A stretch of DNA of 40,806 nt from Christensenella sp. UBA7102. Its GTDB lineage: Bacteria > Bacillota > Clostridia > Christensenellales > UBA1750. This document shows, in pieces, positions 1 to 9,138 of the stretch. Position 1 is the first letter of the stretch. Every line of letters begins with the position of its first letter. The notes under the pieces were generated by a model. That model was not told the origin of the DNA, searched no databases, and worked only from the letters and a program-made list of their open reading frames with translations. The position numbers were made by a program, and so were the translations under genes. Where the stretch lies: NCBI GenBank assembly GCA_002492415.1, contig DKYK01000046.1, positions 22,835 to 63,640 on the forward strand, read 5' to 3'.

Positions 1-1
1 G

Positions 2-1810
2 ATGGACTTCCTGGGCCTGCGCACCCTCACGGTCATCAACGACGCGCAGACCATGGTGCGAAACGACGTCGATCCCGGCTTTGACGTGGAAAAAATTCCA
101 GTGGACGACAAGGAAACCTATGATATGCTCTCCCGCGGCGATACTGACGGCGTGTTCCAGTTGGAGTCGGCGGGCATGCGGCGCGTGCTTGCCGACCTGC
201 AGCCCGAGAACCTGGAGGACATCATCGCAGTGATCTCGCTCTACCGCCCCGGCCCCATGTCCTCCATCCCGCGCTTTATCGCCGGAAAAAAGGACCCTTC
301 CTCCGTCCAATATCTATCGCCCATCCTCGAGCGCTCGTTGGACGTCACCTACGGCTGCATGGTTTATCAGGAGCAGGTAATGCAGATCGTGCGCGACATC
401 GCGGGCTATTCGATGGGCCGCAGCGACGTGGTGCGCCGCGCGATGGCCAAGAAAAAGGCCGCCGAGATGGAGAAGGAAAAGAAAGTGTTCGTCGAGGGGC
501 AGGTGGATGAGAACGGCAACGTCACCGTGCCCGGCGCCGTGCGCATGGGCACTAGCGCCGAGGTCGCGCTGCGCATTTTCTCCGAAATGGAGTCCTTCGC
601 GCAGTATGCGTTCAATAAATCCCACGCCGCGGCCTACGCTGTGGTCGCCTGGCAGACCGCGTACTTAAAGTGCCACTATCCCGTGCAGTTCATGGCGGCG
701 ATCCTGAACTCCGTGGTGGGCAACCCGGGCAAAGTTGCCGCATTCATTCAGTATTGCCGTAAGCACGGCATCGAGGTGCTGCCGCCCGACGTCAACCGCT
801 CGCAGGCGAGGTTCTCAGTGGAAAACGGAAAGATCCGCTATGGCTTGGGCGCCATCCGCAATGCGGGCGCCAATGCCGTGGCCGCTGTGCTGCGCGGCCG
901 CAGCGAGCGTCCCTATGCCGACCTGTTCGATTTTATGGAGCGCGTGGAGCTGGAGTTCATCAACAAGCGCGTGGTGGAATCGCTGATCAAGTCCGGCGCG
1001 ATGGACGAGTTCCCCGGCTGCCGTGCGCAGAAGCTGGCGATGTACGAGGTCGTGATGGATTCCGAAGTCAATCGTCGCAAGAACATGGTGGCGGGCCAGC
1101 TATCGCTCTTTGGTGAGAACACGCTTGCCGCCCCGCGCCCCACGCTGCCCAAGCTGCCCGAAATGAGCCGCCGCCTGCTGCTGCAGTACGAAAAGGAGAT
1201 CACCGGCGTCTACATCACGGGCCATCCGCTGGATGAATACCGCGAGCAGCTGGAAAGGATGCCCTACAACGTCCACATCATCACCGAGTACAGCGAAGAG
1301 GAAGATTGGGAGAGGTATGACCGCATGCCCATCGCCTTGAGCGGCATGATCATCGAGACGCGCATGAACACAACCAAGTCCAATAAGCTGATGTGCTTCA
1401 TCACGCTGGAAGATCTGTACGGCTCCATCGAGTGCCTGGTGTTCCCCAGGGTCTATGAGCGCGTGTCGCGCCTGATTCAGGTGGATGCGGCGGTTACGGT
1501 CAAGGGCACGCTCTCTCTGCGCGAGGACGAAGCGCCCAAGCTGCTGGTGGACGGCATCGAACCGCTGGAGACCGCTGGCACAGGCAGCGTTGAGGCGCGC
1601 CCGCAGCGCTTCTATGTAAAGGTGGAGAATCGTGCGCTGGTGCCCATGATGCAGAACCTGCTGCAGACGCACGTCGGCACCGTGCCCGTGCGCGCCGTCA
1701 TCGAGGGCAAGATCTACGATCTGCCCGCCGCCTGCGCCGTCGCCCCCGGTCCTGAACTGGTGCGCGCTCTCGAGCAGCTGCTGGGCGAGGGCACGGCAAA
1801 GCTGGCCTGA
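2..1810 (+). CDS. dnaE: DNA polymerase III alpha subunit, 5'-truncated by the window edge
   Basis: DFLGLRTLT, GVFQLES, LYRPGP, VYQEQVMQ and YAFNKSHAAAY motifs; C-terminal OB fold (FITLEDLYG). Confidence 0.97.
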   Translation: MDFLGLRTLTVINDAQTMVRNDVDPGFDVEKIPVDDKETYDMLSRGDTDGVFQLESAGMRRVLADLQPENLEDIIAVISLYRPGPMSSIPRFIAGKKDPSSVQYLSPILERSLDVTYGCMVYQEQVMQIVRDIAGYSMGRSDVVRRAMAKKKAAEMEKEKKVFVEGQVDENGNVTVPGAVRMGTSAEVALRIFSEMESFAQYAFNKSHAAAYAVVAWQTAYLKCHYPVQFMAAILNSVVGNPGKVAAFIQYCRKHGIEVLPPDVNRSQARFSVENGKIRYGLGAIRNAGANAVAAVLRGRSERPYADLFDFMERVELEFINKRVVESLIKSGAMDEFPGCRAQKLAMYEVVMDSEVNRRKNMVAGQLSLFGENTLAAPRPTLPKLPEMSRRLLLQYEKEITGVYITGHPLDEYREQLERMPYNVHIITEYSEEEDWERYDRMPIALSGMIIETRMNTTKSNKLMCFITLEDLYGSIECLVFPRVYERVSRLIQVDAAVTVKGTLSLREDEAPKLLVDGIEPLETAGTGSVEARPQRFYVKVENRALVPMMQNLLQTHVGTVPVRAVIEGKIYDLPAACAVAPGPELVRALEQLLGEGTAKLA

Positions 1811-1858
1811 AAAAACCGCGCAGGAAGCGGATTTTGCAGCAATCCATGGTTTTTGGAA

Positions 1859-1887
1859 TTTACACCCGTTTTATAATGTGGTATAAT
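1859..1887 (+). promoter_or_regulatory. sigma-A promoter for small ORF and pfkA
   Basis: TTTACA-17 bp-TATAAT with extended -10 TG. Confidence 0.8.
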
Positions 1888-1931
1888 CACGTTGACCGGT
1901 CGGAGTGATCTGGCCGAAGGGAGGAGAGCGT

Positions 1932-2135
1932 ATGGCGGGGTGGATCGTCATCCACATGGCGCGCAGCCAGCAGGAGGCCCAGCGGCTCGGCCGCAAGCTG
2001 TCCGACGAAGGCGTGCTCGTGCGCCTGCGCCCCGTCTACAAAAACCGCCCGGAGCGGGAAAACTACTATGAACTGCAGGTGCTCCAGTCCGAGGCGGAGA
2101 CGGCGCGCGAGATCTTCCTGGAAAAAGGCTTTTGA
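1932..2135 (+). CDS. small hypothetical protein, 67 aa (DUF2007-like fold suspected)
   Basis: GAGGAG RBS before ATG 1932; pattern W.VI...A..L...L..EG+LV.L...YEL.V..SE...A..I. Confidence 0.7.
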   Translation: MAGWIVIHMARSQQEAQRLGRKLSDEGVLVRLRPVYKNRPERENYYELQVLQSEAETAREIFLEKGF

Positions 2136-2179
2136 TGCCACAAAATAGATCAGAAATTGAAAAGAAGGAGAGTTTGAAC

Positions 2180-3205
2180 ATGGCAGATAAGCAAAAGATT
2201 GCAATACTCACCTCCGGCGGCGACGCCCCGGGTATGAATGCGGCCGTGCGCGCCGTCGTACGCACAGCCCTGTATTTTGACATGGAAGTCTATGGCGTGC
2301 AGGAAGGCTATCTGGGCCTGAAGGAGGACAACATTCATCGTCTCACCGCAGGCGACGTGGGCGACATCATCCACCGCGGCGGCACCATGCTGGGCACCGC
2401 GCGTCTGCCGGAATTCGCCTCCGATCCCATGGTGCGCAGGCAGTGCTATGAGAACCTGCGCGCCCACGGCATCGACGGCTTGGTGGTTTGCGGCGGCGAT
2501 GGCTCCTACCGCGGCGCCAACCTGGTGTACAAGGAGAGTGGCATCAAGGTCGTCGGCCTGCCCGGCACCATTGACAATGATCTTGCCTATACTGATTTTA
2601 CCATCGGCTTTGACACCGCCGTAAATACCTGCGTCGACAACATCAATAAGCTGCGCGATACCATGGCCTCCCATGGCCGCGTCTCCGTTGTGGACGTCAT
2701 GGGTCGTGGCTGCGGCGACATCGCGGTGCACTCCGGCATCGCCGCCGGCGCCGAGGCCATCCTCATCCCCGAGATCAAGAAGACGGACAATCAGTGGCTG
2801 GACTATCTCGTCTCCAAGCTGCGTACCGCGTTTGCGCGCGGAAAGAAGTACGGCATCATCGTCATGGCGGAGGGCGTCTACGCCACCCCCAAGATGCACC
2901 ACTTCACCGCCGACTATATCGCTTCCTGGCTCAACGCCAATAGCGAGACCATTGGCCATCGGGTCGACGCGCGTGGCTGCGTCATCGGCCATGTGCAGCG
3001 CGGCGGTTCTCCCACCGCGACCGACCGCATTCTCGCCGCTCGCATGGGCGAGGAGGCCGTCTCGCTGCTGCGCGAGGACAAGGGCGGCCTGTGCGTCGGC
3101 ATCGTCAAGAACCGCATCATCGCCGTGGAAATCGAAAAGGCGCTCTCCATGAAGCGCCGCGTCGATAAACACCTCATTGAGCTGGCCGACATCCTGGCAC
3201 GCTAG
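2180..3205 (+). CDS. pfkA: ATP-dependent 6-phosphofructokinase
   Basis: TSGGDAPGMNAAVRAV, GGDGS, PGTIDND, MGR and GHVQRGG motifs; AAGGAG RBS before ATG 2180. Confidence 0.96.
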   Translation: MADKQKIAILTSGGDAPGMNAAVRAVVRTALYFDMEVYGVQEGYLGLKEDNIHRLTAGDVGDIIHRGGTMLGTARLPEFASDPMVRRQCYENLRAHGIDGLVVCGGDGSYRGANLVYKESGIKVVGLPGTIDNDLAYTDFTIGFDTAVNTCVDNINKLRDTMASHGRVSVVDVMGRGCGDIAVHSGIAAGAEAILIPEIKKTDNQWLDYLVSKLRTAFARGKKYGIIVMAEGVYATPKMHHFTADYIASWLNANSETIGHRVDARGCVIGHVQRGGSPTATDRILAARMGEEAVSLLREDKGGLCVGIVKNRIIAVEIEKALSMKRRVDKHLIELADILAR

Positions 3206-3244
3206 GGCGCGGTATGCCTTAGGCGGGTCTGAAAATGATGCAAA

Positions 3245-3285
3245 GCGGGCCATGCAGGCAATTCGTCTGCATGGCCCGCCTTCTT
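3245..3285 (+). terminator. intrinsic terminator after pfkA
   Basis: GCGGGCCATGCAGGC/GTCTGCATGGCCCGC stem followed by CTTCTT. Confidence 0.7.
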
Positions 3286-3350
3286 GTCTGCATCGAAGGG
3301 TCAGAAGGAAGAGCTTTTCGGGAGAGGTCACACCCAAACGAGAAAACACA

Positions 3351-3379
3351 TTGCCTGCCGGGGATGATTCTGGTATACT
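3351..3379 (+). promoter_or_regulatory. sigma-A promoter for amidohydrolase-pnuC
   Basis: TTGCCT-17 bp-TATACT with extended TG. Confidence 0.65.
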
Positions 3380-3451
3380 ATGGAACGCGACGCCGCGGTT
3401 TTGCATGGGAACGCGGCGCGCAACTTAATTTTCGGGGAGTGAAAAAGCATC

Positions 3452-4258
3452 ATGCAACCAAAGAAAATCGACTGTCATACGCACATTATCACCCGCGAGA
3501 TCAGCCGGGAATACTTCTCCCGCACCGAAGGCTGGGCGCTGGTGATGCAGTTCCTGCCGCGGTTTTGCGGAGGGGGCGTGCAGGACGATTCTCTTGCCAC
3601 GGTGCTGGCCGACAAGCGGCTCTTTTTCTGCCCGGCCATCGACTTGACCCGCCCCATTCCACCGCAGCTGCGCGACGTCGAAGCGCTGCTGCCCTGCGGG
3701 AAGGTCGTGGGGCTCAAAATATTCCTCACCTACCAGGCGGGCCGCGCCGATGACGAGAAAATGATGGACATCTATGCGTTTGCGCACAAACACCGGCTGA
3801 CCGTCACATTTCACACCGGTTCCTGCTCGCTGGTGATGCCCACCGATAACGACATGGAGGGCTCCCGCGCGCGCTATATCGCAAACGCCGCCGAGCGCTT
3901 TCCTGACGTCAACTTTGTCGCGGCGCACATGGACGATCCGCGCTTTGAGGAGTGCATGCGCATCGTGGACGGACATGACAACATCTACACCGACTTTTCC
4001 GGCGCATACGAGCCGGGCACCCACGAGGGCGCGGACATGGAGTGGGCCATCGAGACCTTCGCCGCCGCCATGCGCCCCTATCCGGACATCTACCGCAAGG
4101 TGCTCTACGGCACGGACTTCTGCCCGCCCATCAACCTGAGCGCCATTGAAGAGTATGAAACCACCATCGACCGCATCTTTCCCAGGGAACAGCACGCGGA
4201 CATCTACCTAAATAATTGCCTGCGCGCCTTCCCGCGCCTGGCCGACCTGGTCGGCTGA
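3452..4258 (+). CDS. amidohydrolase_2 family TIM-barrel metallohydrolase
   Basis: IDCHTH, GLKI, FHTG, AAHM and LYGTDF motifs. Confidence 0.85.
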   Translation: MQPKKIDCHTHIITREISREYFSRTEGWALVMQFLPRFCGGGVQDDSLATVLADKRLFFCPAIDLTRPIPPQLRDVEALLPCGKVVGLKIFLTYQAGRADDEKMMDIYAFAHKHRLTVTFHTGSCSLVMPTDNDMEGSRARYIANAAERFPDVNFVAAHMDDPRFEECMRIVDGHDNIYTDFSGAYEPGTHEGADMEWAIETFAAAMRPYPDIYRKVLYGTDFCPPINLSAIEEYETTIDRIFPREQHADIYLNNCLRAFPRLADLVG

Positions 4259-4283
4259 CCCAAACAGATAAGGAGAAACGCAC

Positions 4284-5045
4284 ATGCAGAATCAACTTGC
4301 AAAAGCTAGAAGCTTTTTGAAGTCCTTCACCCCTTACCAGATCACCTATCTGGCCGTCGTGGTCGCGCTGACCTTCGGCTTTGTGATCTTCTTTCCCGAC
4401 CTGATGCTGGAGGACACGTCCAGCAGGTTTATGGTGGTCTGTTCCGTTATCAACGTCATCGCCAACCCGCTGTGCGAGCTGCTCATTTCCAAGCAGAGCA
4501 AGCTCAACTTCGTGGTGGATTTCTTCCTCATAGAGCTGACATACCTGGTCATCGCGCTGACGCTGGGATGGTACACGCTGGCACTGACGGTGGTGTGTTT
4601 CTGGATGCCCATTGACGTCATCAGCTACATCCGCTGGAGCAAGCATCCCGACCGGCAGGACGAGAACCTGACGCAGGTCAAGCGCCTGAAGTGGTGGCAG
4701 GGCGCGCTGGCGCTGCTGGCCATCGTCGCCTTCGGCCTGGTATTTGGCTTTGTGTCCAGCAGGATCCCCGGTTCCAGCGACTCCTACCTGGAGGCCTTTA
4801 CCTCCGCGGTGGGCATGGCCAACGGTGTGCTGCTGCTGCTGCGCTACTCGGAGCAATGGTATGCCTGGTTCATTACTACGATCCTCTATATTTTCATGAA
4901 CGTGTCCGCCGGCGCGTACATGCTGCTCATCACCCAGGCCGCCATGCTGGTCAATACCGTCTATGGCCTGGTCAAGTGGCTGCTCTACACCCGCCGGCAC
5001 GCGCAGGGCGGCGCACAGGCGGCCGCTGTGGACAAAGCCCTTTGA
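4284..5045 (+). CDS. PnuC-family (nicotinamide riboside/vitamin) transporter
   Basis: Multi-pass hydrophobic protein with EQWYAW and C-terminal N.VYGLVKW motifs; AAGGAG RBS. Confidence 0.75.
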   Translation: MQNQLAKARSFLKSFTPYQITYLAVVVALTFGFVIFFPDLMLEDTSSRFMVVCSVINVIANPLCELLISKQSKLNFVVDFFLIELTYLVIALTLGWYTLALTVVCFWMPIDVISYIRWSKHPDRQDENLTQVKRLKWWQGALALLAIVAFGLVFGFVSSRIPGSSDSYLEAFTSAVGMANGVLLLLRYSEQWYAWFITTILYIFMNVSAGAYMLLITQAAMLVNTVYGLVKWLLYTRRHAQGGAQAAAVDKAL

Positions 5046-5053
5046 TCAAACGG

Positions 5054-5097
5054 AAGACAAGCGGCAGCCATTCCCATACGCTGTCGCTTGTCTTTAT
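5054..5097 (+). terminator. intrinsic terminator after pnuC-like gene
   Basis: AAGACAAGCGGCAGC/GCTGTCGCTTGTCTT stem. Confidence 0.65.
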
Positions 5098-5137
5098 GTA
5101 GACCAAGAGAAAAAACTATTTGAATTAGGAGGCGTTG

Positions 5138-5668
5138 ATGCGAATCATAACGCTGTTTATTGCGATGAGCCTGGACGGGTACATCGCGGATGCCCGTGGA
5201 GAAGTGGACTGGCTGCAGGGGCAGGGAGAGAAGCAGGGGGATGTCGATTCCTACTCCGAATTTATAAGAGAAATCGATACCGTCGTCATGGGCTGGAATA
5301 CCTATGAGCAGATTGTGACGGAGCTTTCCACCGACGCGTGGCCCTACGACGCGCTCACAACCTATGTCATTACGCACAGAAAATGCGATTCCTCGGACAA
5401 GATTCGATTCACGGACGCGGATCCGGCCGCGTTGGTGGAGAGACTGAGGGGGGAGAGCGGAAAGGGTATCTGGATCTGCGGCGGCGCGAACATCGTCCGG
5501 CAGCTGGTGAATGTGGATGCGGTCGATTGCTATGCAATCACGGTCATCCCCACCCTTTTGGGCTCCGGCATTCGCCTGTTTGAGCACGGCGAAAAAGAAA
5601 TCCAGCTCAAACTACTCAAAACGCAATCCTATAACGGAATGGTTGATTTGGTATATGTCCGACGATAG
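5138..5668 (+). CDS. dihydrofolate reductase / RibD C-terminal domain protein
   Basis: IAMSLDGYIA, MGWNTY, IWICGGA and IPTLLGSGIRLF motifs; AGGAGG RBS. Confidence 0.9.
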   Translation: MRIITLFIAMSLDGYIADARGEVDWLQGQGEKQGDVDSYSEFIREIDTVVMGWNTYEQIVTELSTDAWPYDALTTYVITHRKCDSSDKIRFTDADPAALVERLRGESGKGIWICGGANIVRQLVNVDAVDCYAITVIPTLLGSGIRLFEHGEKEIQLKLLKTQSYNGMVDLVYVRR

Positions 5669-5691
5669 CGGGCCGCATTTGGCACAACGCA

Positions 5692-5746
5692 AAGCAGCCC
5701 TCCCCGCCAGGCGTACCTTCGCCTGGTGGGGAGGGCTGCTTATTTA
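5692..5746. terminator. long hairpin terminator between convergent genes
   Basis: About 22-bp inverted repeat, 5692-5713 against 5720-5741. Confidence 0.7.
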
Positions 5747-5761
5747 TGGTTGTCGATAAAC

Positions 5762-6556
5762 TTACAGCTTGTCAGGGGTGTAGAGCACCCAGGTATTCTC
5801 GCGCATAAAGTGGCGCTTGGCGGTACCGCCGAACCAGGCAAAGTCCTCGTCGCCCGCGCCGCGCGTCTCAATGATGCGGGAAATGGCGGCCTTCATCTCA
5901 TCAATGTAGGCGGCGGGGACGCCCTCGACGTTGTGGCCGGTGTGCAGTTCGGTAAAGTAGGGACGATAGGCGTCCAGCGCGTTGAGGCTGTCCAGATAGG
6001 TAGTCAGTTTAGCGGATTCGGGCAACTGCAGCCAGATCTGACCGTTGATGGCGTCGCCCGAGTACAGGAAGCCGGCCGTGCGATCCAGCAGCGCGATGGA
6101 GCCCTGCGTGTGGCCCGTGATCCGGATGACTTCCAGGCTCCTGCCGCCCAGGTCGATGATTTCACCCTCGCATATGGGCTTGAGCGGGCAGGGCTGAGCG
6201 TCAATGAAAGCCTGCATTTCTTCGCGCGTGGCGCCGTACTGCTCAGCCTGGTCGAGCATGGTATCCTTCCGCATCGCAAAGTGATGATTGTGCAACGCGA
6301 TGTCGTCAGGGTGGATGTAGGCCTCGTCAAAGAAGGTGTTGCCCCAGACGTGATCGCAGTGACCATGGGTGTTGATGACCACCAGCGGCAGGTCGGTGAT
6401 CTCGCGCACGACGGCGTGCAGATCCTCCATGCCGTTGACGGTGTCGATCACGGCTGCGCGTTCGCTGCCGCAGACCACGTAGCACACCGAGTCGCCCGCA
6501 TCGTCAATGCAGGTCACGCCGGGCGCGAGGGGATAGAGCTTGGCTCTGCGTTCCAT
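5762..6556 (-). CDS. MBL-fold metallo-hydrolase
   Basis: THGHCDH (HxHxDH), GHTQGS, SGD and TGH motifs; AAGGAG RBS. Confidence 0.9.
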   Translation of the reverse strand: MERRAKLYPLAPGVTCIDDAGDSVCYVVCGSERAAVIDTVNGMEDLHAVVREITDLPLVVINTHGHCDHVWGNTFFDEAYIHPDDIALHNHHFAMRKDTMLDQAEQYGATREEMQAFIDAQPCPLKPICEGEIIDLGGRSLEVIRITGHTQGSIALLDRTAGFLYSGDAINGQIWLQLPESAKLTTYLDSLNALDAYRPYFTELHTGHNVEGVPAAYIDEMKAAISRIIETRGAGDEDFAWFGGTAKRHFMRENTWVLYTPDKL

Positions 6557-6583
6557 AAACAGGATCTCCTTCCGTTTTTTTCA

Positions 6584-6612
6584 AGTATATCGCAAAAAAC
6601 AAGGTTTGTAAA
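6584..6612 (-). promoter_or_regulatory. sigma-A promoter for MBL hydrolase
   Basis: TTTACA-17 bp-TATACT on the minus strand. Confidence 0.7.
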
Positions 6613-6622
6613 CCGCGGACGC

Positions 6623-8545
6623 TCACAGTTTGTGGACGTCATCGTCCGTCACCGTCACCACCGCGCCCTCAACGTGACGCTTGGCCATTTTGTGCTTGGC
6701 CTTGCGGTTTTCCACCGTGTCCAGCACGATGTCCAGATCATAGTTTTCCGCATCGGGGTAGAGTTCCTCCTTGCTCAGGTGCGGAGACAGGCGCTTTTGG
6801 TTGATGGAATACTTGCGGTCGGCCACCTTGACCACTACCTCGCCCTTGGCGTTGGCCTCCTGCGCCACGATGCCCGTGCGGTGCAGCTGGTGTACGTACA
6901 CGCTCTCGCCCACGGTGAAGATGTGGCGCGGTTTCTTTTCGGGGGCCTCGGCGGGCGCGAACGGCTTGGGAGCATCGGGCAGTACGACGGCCCTGGGCGC
7001 GGGCAACTCGGCTGCGGGCGCATCGCTCCCGCACACCTGCGCAGCGCGTGCCAGCACCTGGTCGTCCAGCCCCAGTCGCTTGGCGATGAGCAGCGCGCAG
7101 GAGCGGCCCGCGCGGCCCAGCTCCAGCCGGTAGAGCGGGCGCAGCGTGTCCGGATCAAAAGCCATCGAGGCGTTGAGAAAGCCCCAGGCGGTGTCGGCAA
7201 AGACCTTGATTTCGGGATAGTGCGTGGTGGCCAGGATCAGCGCGCCGCGCGCGGCCAGCGTCTCCAGCATCGCGGTGGCAAGACCCATGCCCTCGCGCGG
7301 ATCAGTGCCCGCGCCCAGCTCGTCGCACAGCACCAGAGTATCCGGCGTGACGCGGGATAGAATGTCCACCCAGCGCACCACGTGCGAGGAGAAGGTGGAC
7401 AGGCTCTGTTCAATGCTCTGGCCATCGCCCAGATCGCACAGCACGTGGTCCAGCAGCGGGAACACCGCCTCCTTTGCGGGCACGTGCAGGCCGGTGTGCG
7501 CCATCAGGCACAGCAGCCCCACGGTCTTGAGCGCCACGGTTTTGCCGCCCGTGTTGGGGCCAGTGATGATCACGCCCACCTCGGCCGGCGCGCACCCCAG
7601 AAAGAAGTCCAGCGGCACGCAGGTCTTGGCGGGTAGCAGCGGGTGCCGCGCGCCAACCAGGTGCAGCGCGCGGCCGTCCTCCACACGCGGCGGGATGGCG
7701 CGCATGCTCCTGGCCAGGGACGCGCAGGCAAACAGAAAATCCAGCTCCTCGATTACCTGCCGGTTCTGGCGCAACGCAGGCAGATGCGCTGCAAAGGCTT
7801 CGCTCAACTCGGCCAGGATGCGCTGCACCTCGTTCTGCTCCTGAATTTCCAGCAGGCTCATCTCATCACGCATCGTACTCACGGAGGCGGGCTCGAGGAA
7901 CAGCGTAGAGCCTGAGGCGGACGCGTCCACCACCGTGCCGGGCACATTTTTGCGATATTCCTTCTTCAGCGGCAGCACCAGGCGGTCGCCCCGCTGGGTG
8001 ACGTAGCTCTCCATGAACCAGCCGGGGTGCGCGCGCAGCAGCGACTCCAGCTTGCCGCGCATGCGCTCGTTCAGCGCGTCCAGCTGGCGGCGGATGGCGC
8101 GCAGCGCGGATGTGGCGCGGTCGTCCACCTGCTCGCCGCGGATGCAGCGCTCCACCTCGTCCACAAGCTCGGGCAGTCCTTCCAGCGAAGCTTGCCACGC
8201 GGCCAGCTCCGGCGCGCACTCCTTCATGCGCTGCAGATACAGCTGCATTCTGCGGCAGGAGGTGAGGAAGGAGGCCAGCGCGTTGAGCGCCTTGGGGGGA
8301 AGAATGTCGCCCAGCTCCAATCGGGGCAGCGTATCCTCCAGGCCCGCAAGGCTGGTCAGCGGCGGGGAGGATTGCTCCAGCATCGCCGCCGCGTCTGCAA
8401 TCTGCTTCGCACGCAGGCGGATGCGGTTCAGGTCGTGCAGCGGGCGCAGCGCCAGAGCGCGCTGCCGCGCCGCCGTGGTGTGCGTCGCATCCGCTATTTT
8501 TTGCAGGATCGCGGTGTATTCCAGCAGTTCCAGTTCATCTTTCAA
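6623..8545 (-). CDS. MutS2-family ATPase, short paralogue with KOW-like domain and no Smr domain
   Basis: N-terminal LEY..I MutS2 start, GPNTGGKT Walker A, QSLSTFSSH, LCDELGAGTDP and TTHY; KOW-like FTVGESVYV...GIV; TTG start overlaps the GNAT stop. Confidence 0.9.
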   Translation of the reverse strand: MKDELELLEYTAILQKIADATHTTAARQRALALRPLHDLNRIRLRAKQIADAAAMLEQSSPPLTSLAGLEDTLPRLELGDILPPKALNALASFLTSCRRMQLYLQRMKECAPELAAWQASLEGLPELVDEVERCIRGEQVDDRATSALRAIRRQLDALNERMRGKLESLLRAHPGWFMESYVTQRGDRLVLPLKKEYRKNVPGTVVDASASGSTLFLEPASVSTMRDEMSLLEIQEQNEVQRILAELSEAFAAHLPALRQNRQVIEELDFLFACASLARSMRAIPPRVEDGRALHLVGARHPLLPAKTCVPLDFFLGCAPAEVGVIITGPNTGGKTVALKTVGLLCLMAHTGLHVPAKEAVFPLLDHVLCDLGDGQSIEQSLSTFSSHVVRWVDILSRVTPDTLVLCDELGAGTDPREGMGLATAMLETLAARGALILATTHYPEIKVFADTAWGFLNASMAFDPDTLRPLYRLELGRAGRSCALLIAKRLGLDDQVLARAAQVCGSDAPAAELPAPRAVVLPDAPKPFAPAEAPEKKPRHIFTVGESVYVHQLHRTGIVAQEANAKGEVVVKVADRKYSINQKRLSPHLSKEELYPDAENYDLDIVLDTVENRKAKHKMAKRHVEGAVVTVTDDDVHKL

Positions 8546-9138
8546 TGGGAAAACCTCTTTTCTTTGTGCGGAAAGTGCGTCTCAAATTCCGCAAGTTGCG
8601 CGGAGTCGGTATCAAACTGCGGTGCGAAGTGCAGGCAGCCGCTGCACAGAGCGCCGGGGATGAATTCCTGCGCCATCAGCCAGGGCCCGGTGGAGCCGTC
8701 CGGCATCACGATGCCGTGCTGGGCCGCATCGTGGAAACCGAAGCGGTGATAGTAGTCCGGATTGCCCGTGATGACCACGCCGGGGAAACCCATGCGCGCG
8801 GCAAGCGGGAGCGTGTGTCGGATCATCGCGCTGCCCACGCCCTGTTTCTGCAGCTCGGGCAGCACGCTGATGGGACCGAATGCCGCCGCCTCCTGCGCAC
8901 CGCCGTCGTACTCGATGCGCGTGCGGGTGTAGAAAATGTGCCCCACGATGCGCCCGTACAGCACCGCTACGAAATTCAGCTCGGGGATGGTTTCCGGATG
9001 GTTGCGCAGGGTGTGGACGATCAGGTGCTCATCGCAGCCGGGGCGGTAGACGTCCCAAAAGGCCTCGCGGATGAGAAATTCCACCTCATCCCAGTCGGCG
9101 GGGATCTCGGGGCGCAGGGTCAGTTCATTTTGATTCAT
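8542..9138 (-). CDS. GNAT N-acetyltransferase (YhbS-like)
   Basis: REAFW, GPISVLPELQKQGVGSAMI (motif A) and GNPDYYHRFGF. Confidence 0.9.
   Translation of the reverse strand: MNQNELTLRPEIPADWDEVEFLIREAFWDVYRPGCDEHLIVHTLRNHPETIPELNFVAVLYGRIVGHIFYTRTRIEYDGGAQEAAAFGPISVLPELQKQGVGSAMIRHTLPLAARMGFPGVVITGNPDYYHRFGFHDAAQHGIVMPDGSTGPWLMAQEFIPGALCSGCLHFAPQFDTDSAQLAEFETHFPHKEKRFSH

Noticed and set aside
5138-5668. DHFR-like gene as trimethoprim resistance or a mobile cassette
   Set aside because: It looks slightly more AT-rich, but it is the RibD_C-like subfamily and no att sites, terminal repeats or transposase are visible.
5762-6556. Metallo-beta-lactamase resistance gene, or fourth gene of the MutS2 operon
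   Set aside because: No signal peptide, generic MBL fold, and its own promoter at 6584-6612.
6623-8545. Mismatch-repair MutS1
   Set aside because: No mismatch-binding GDFYE motif, no mutL nearby, and MutS2-type ATPase motifs.
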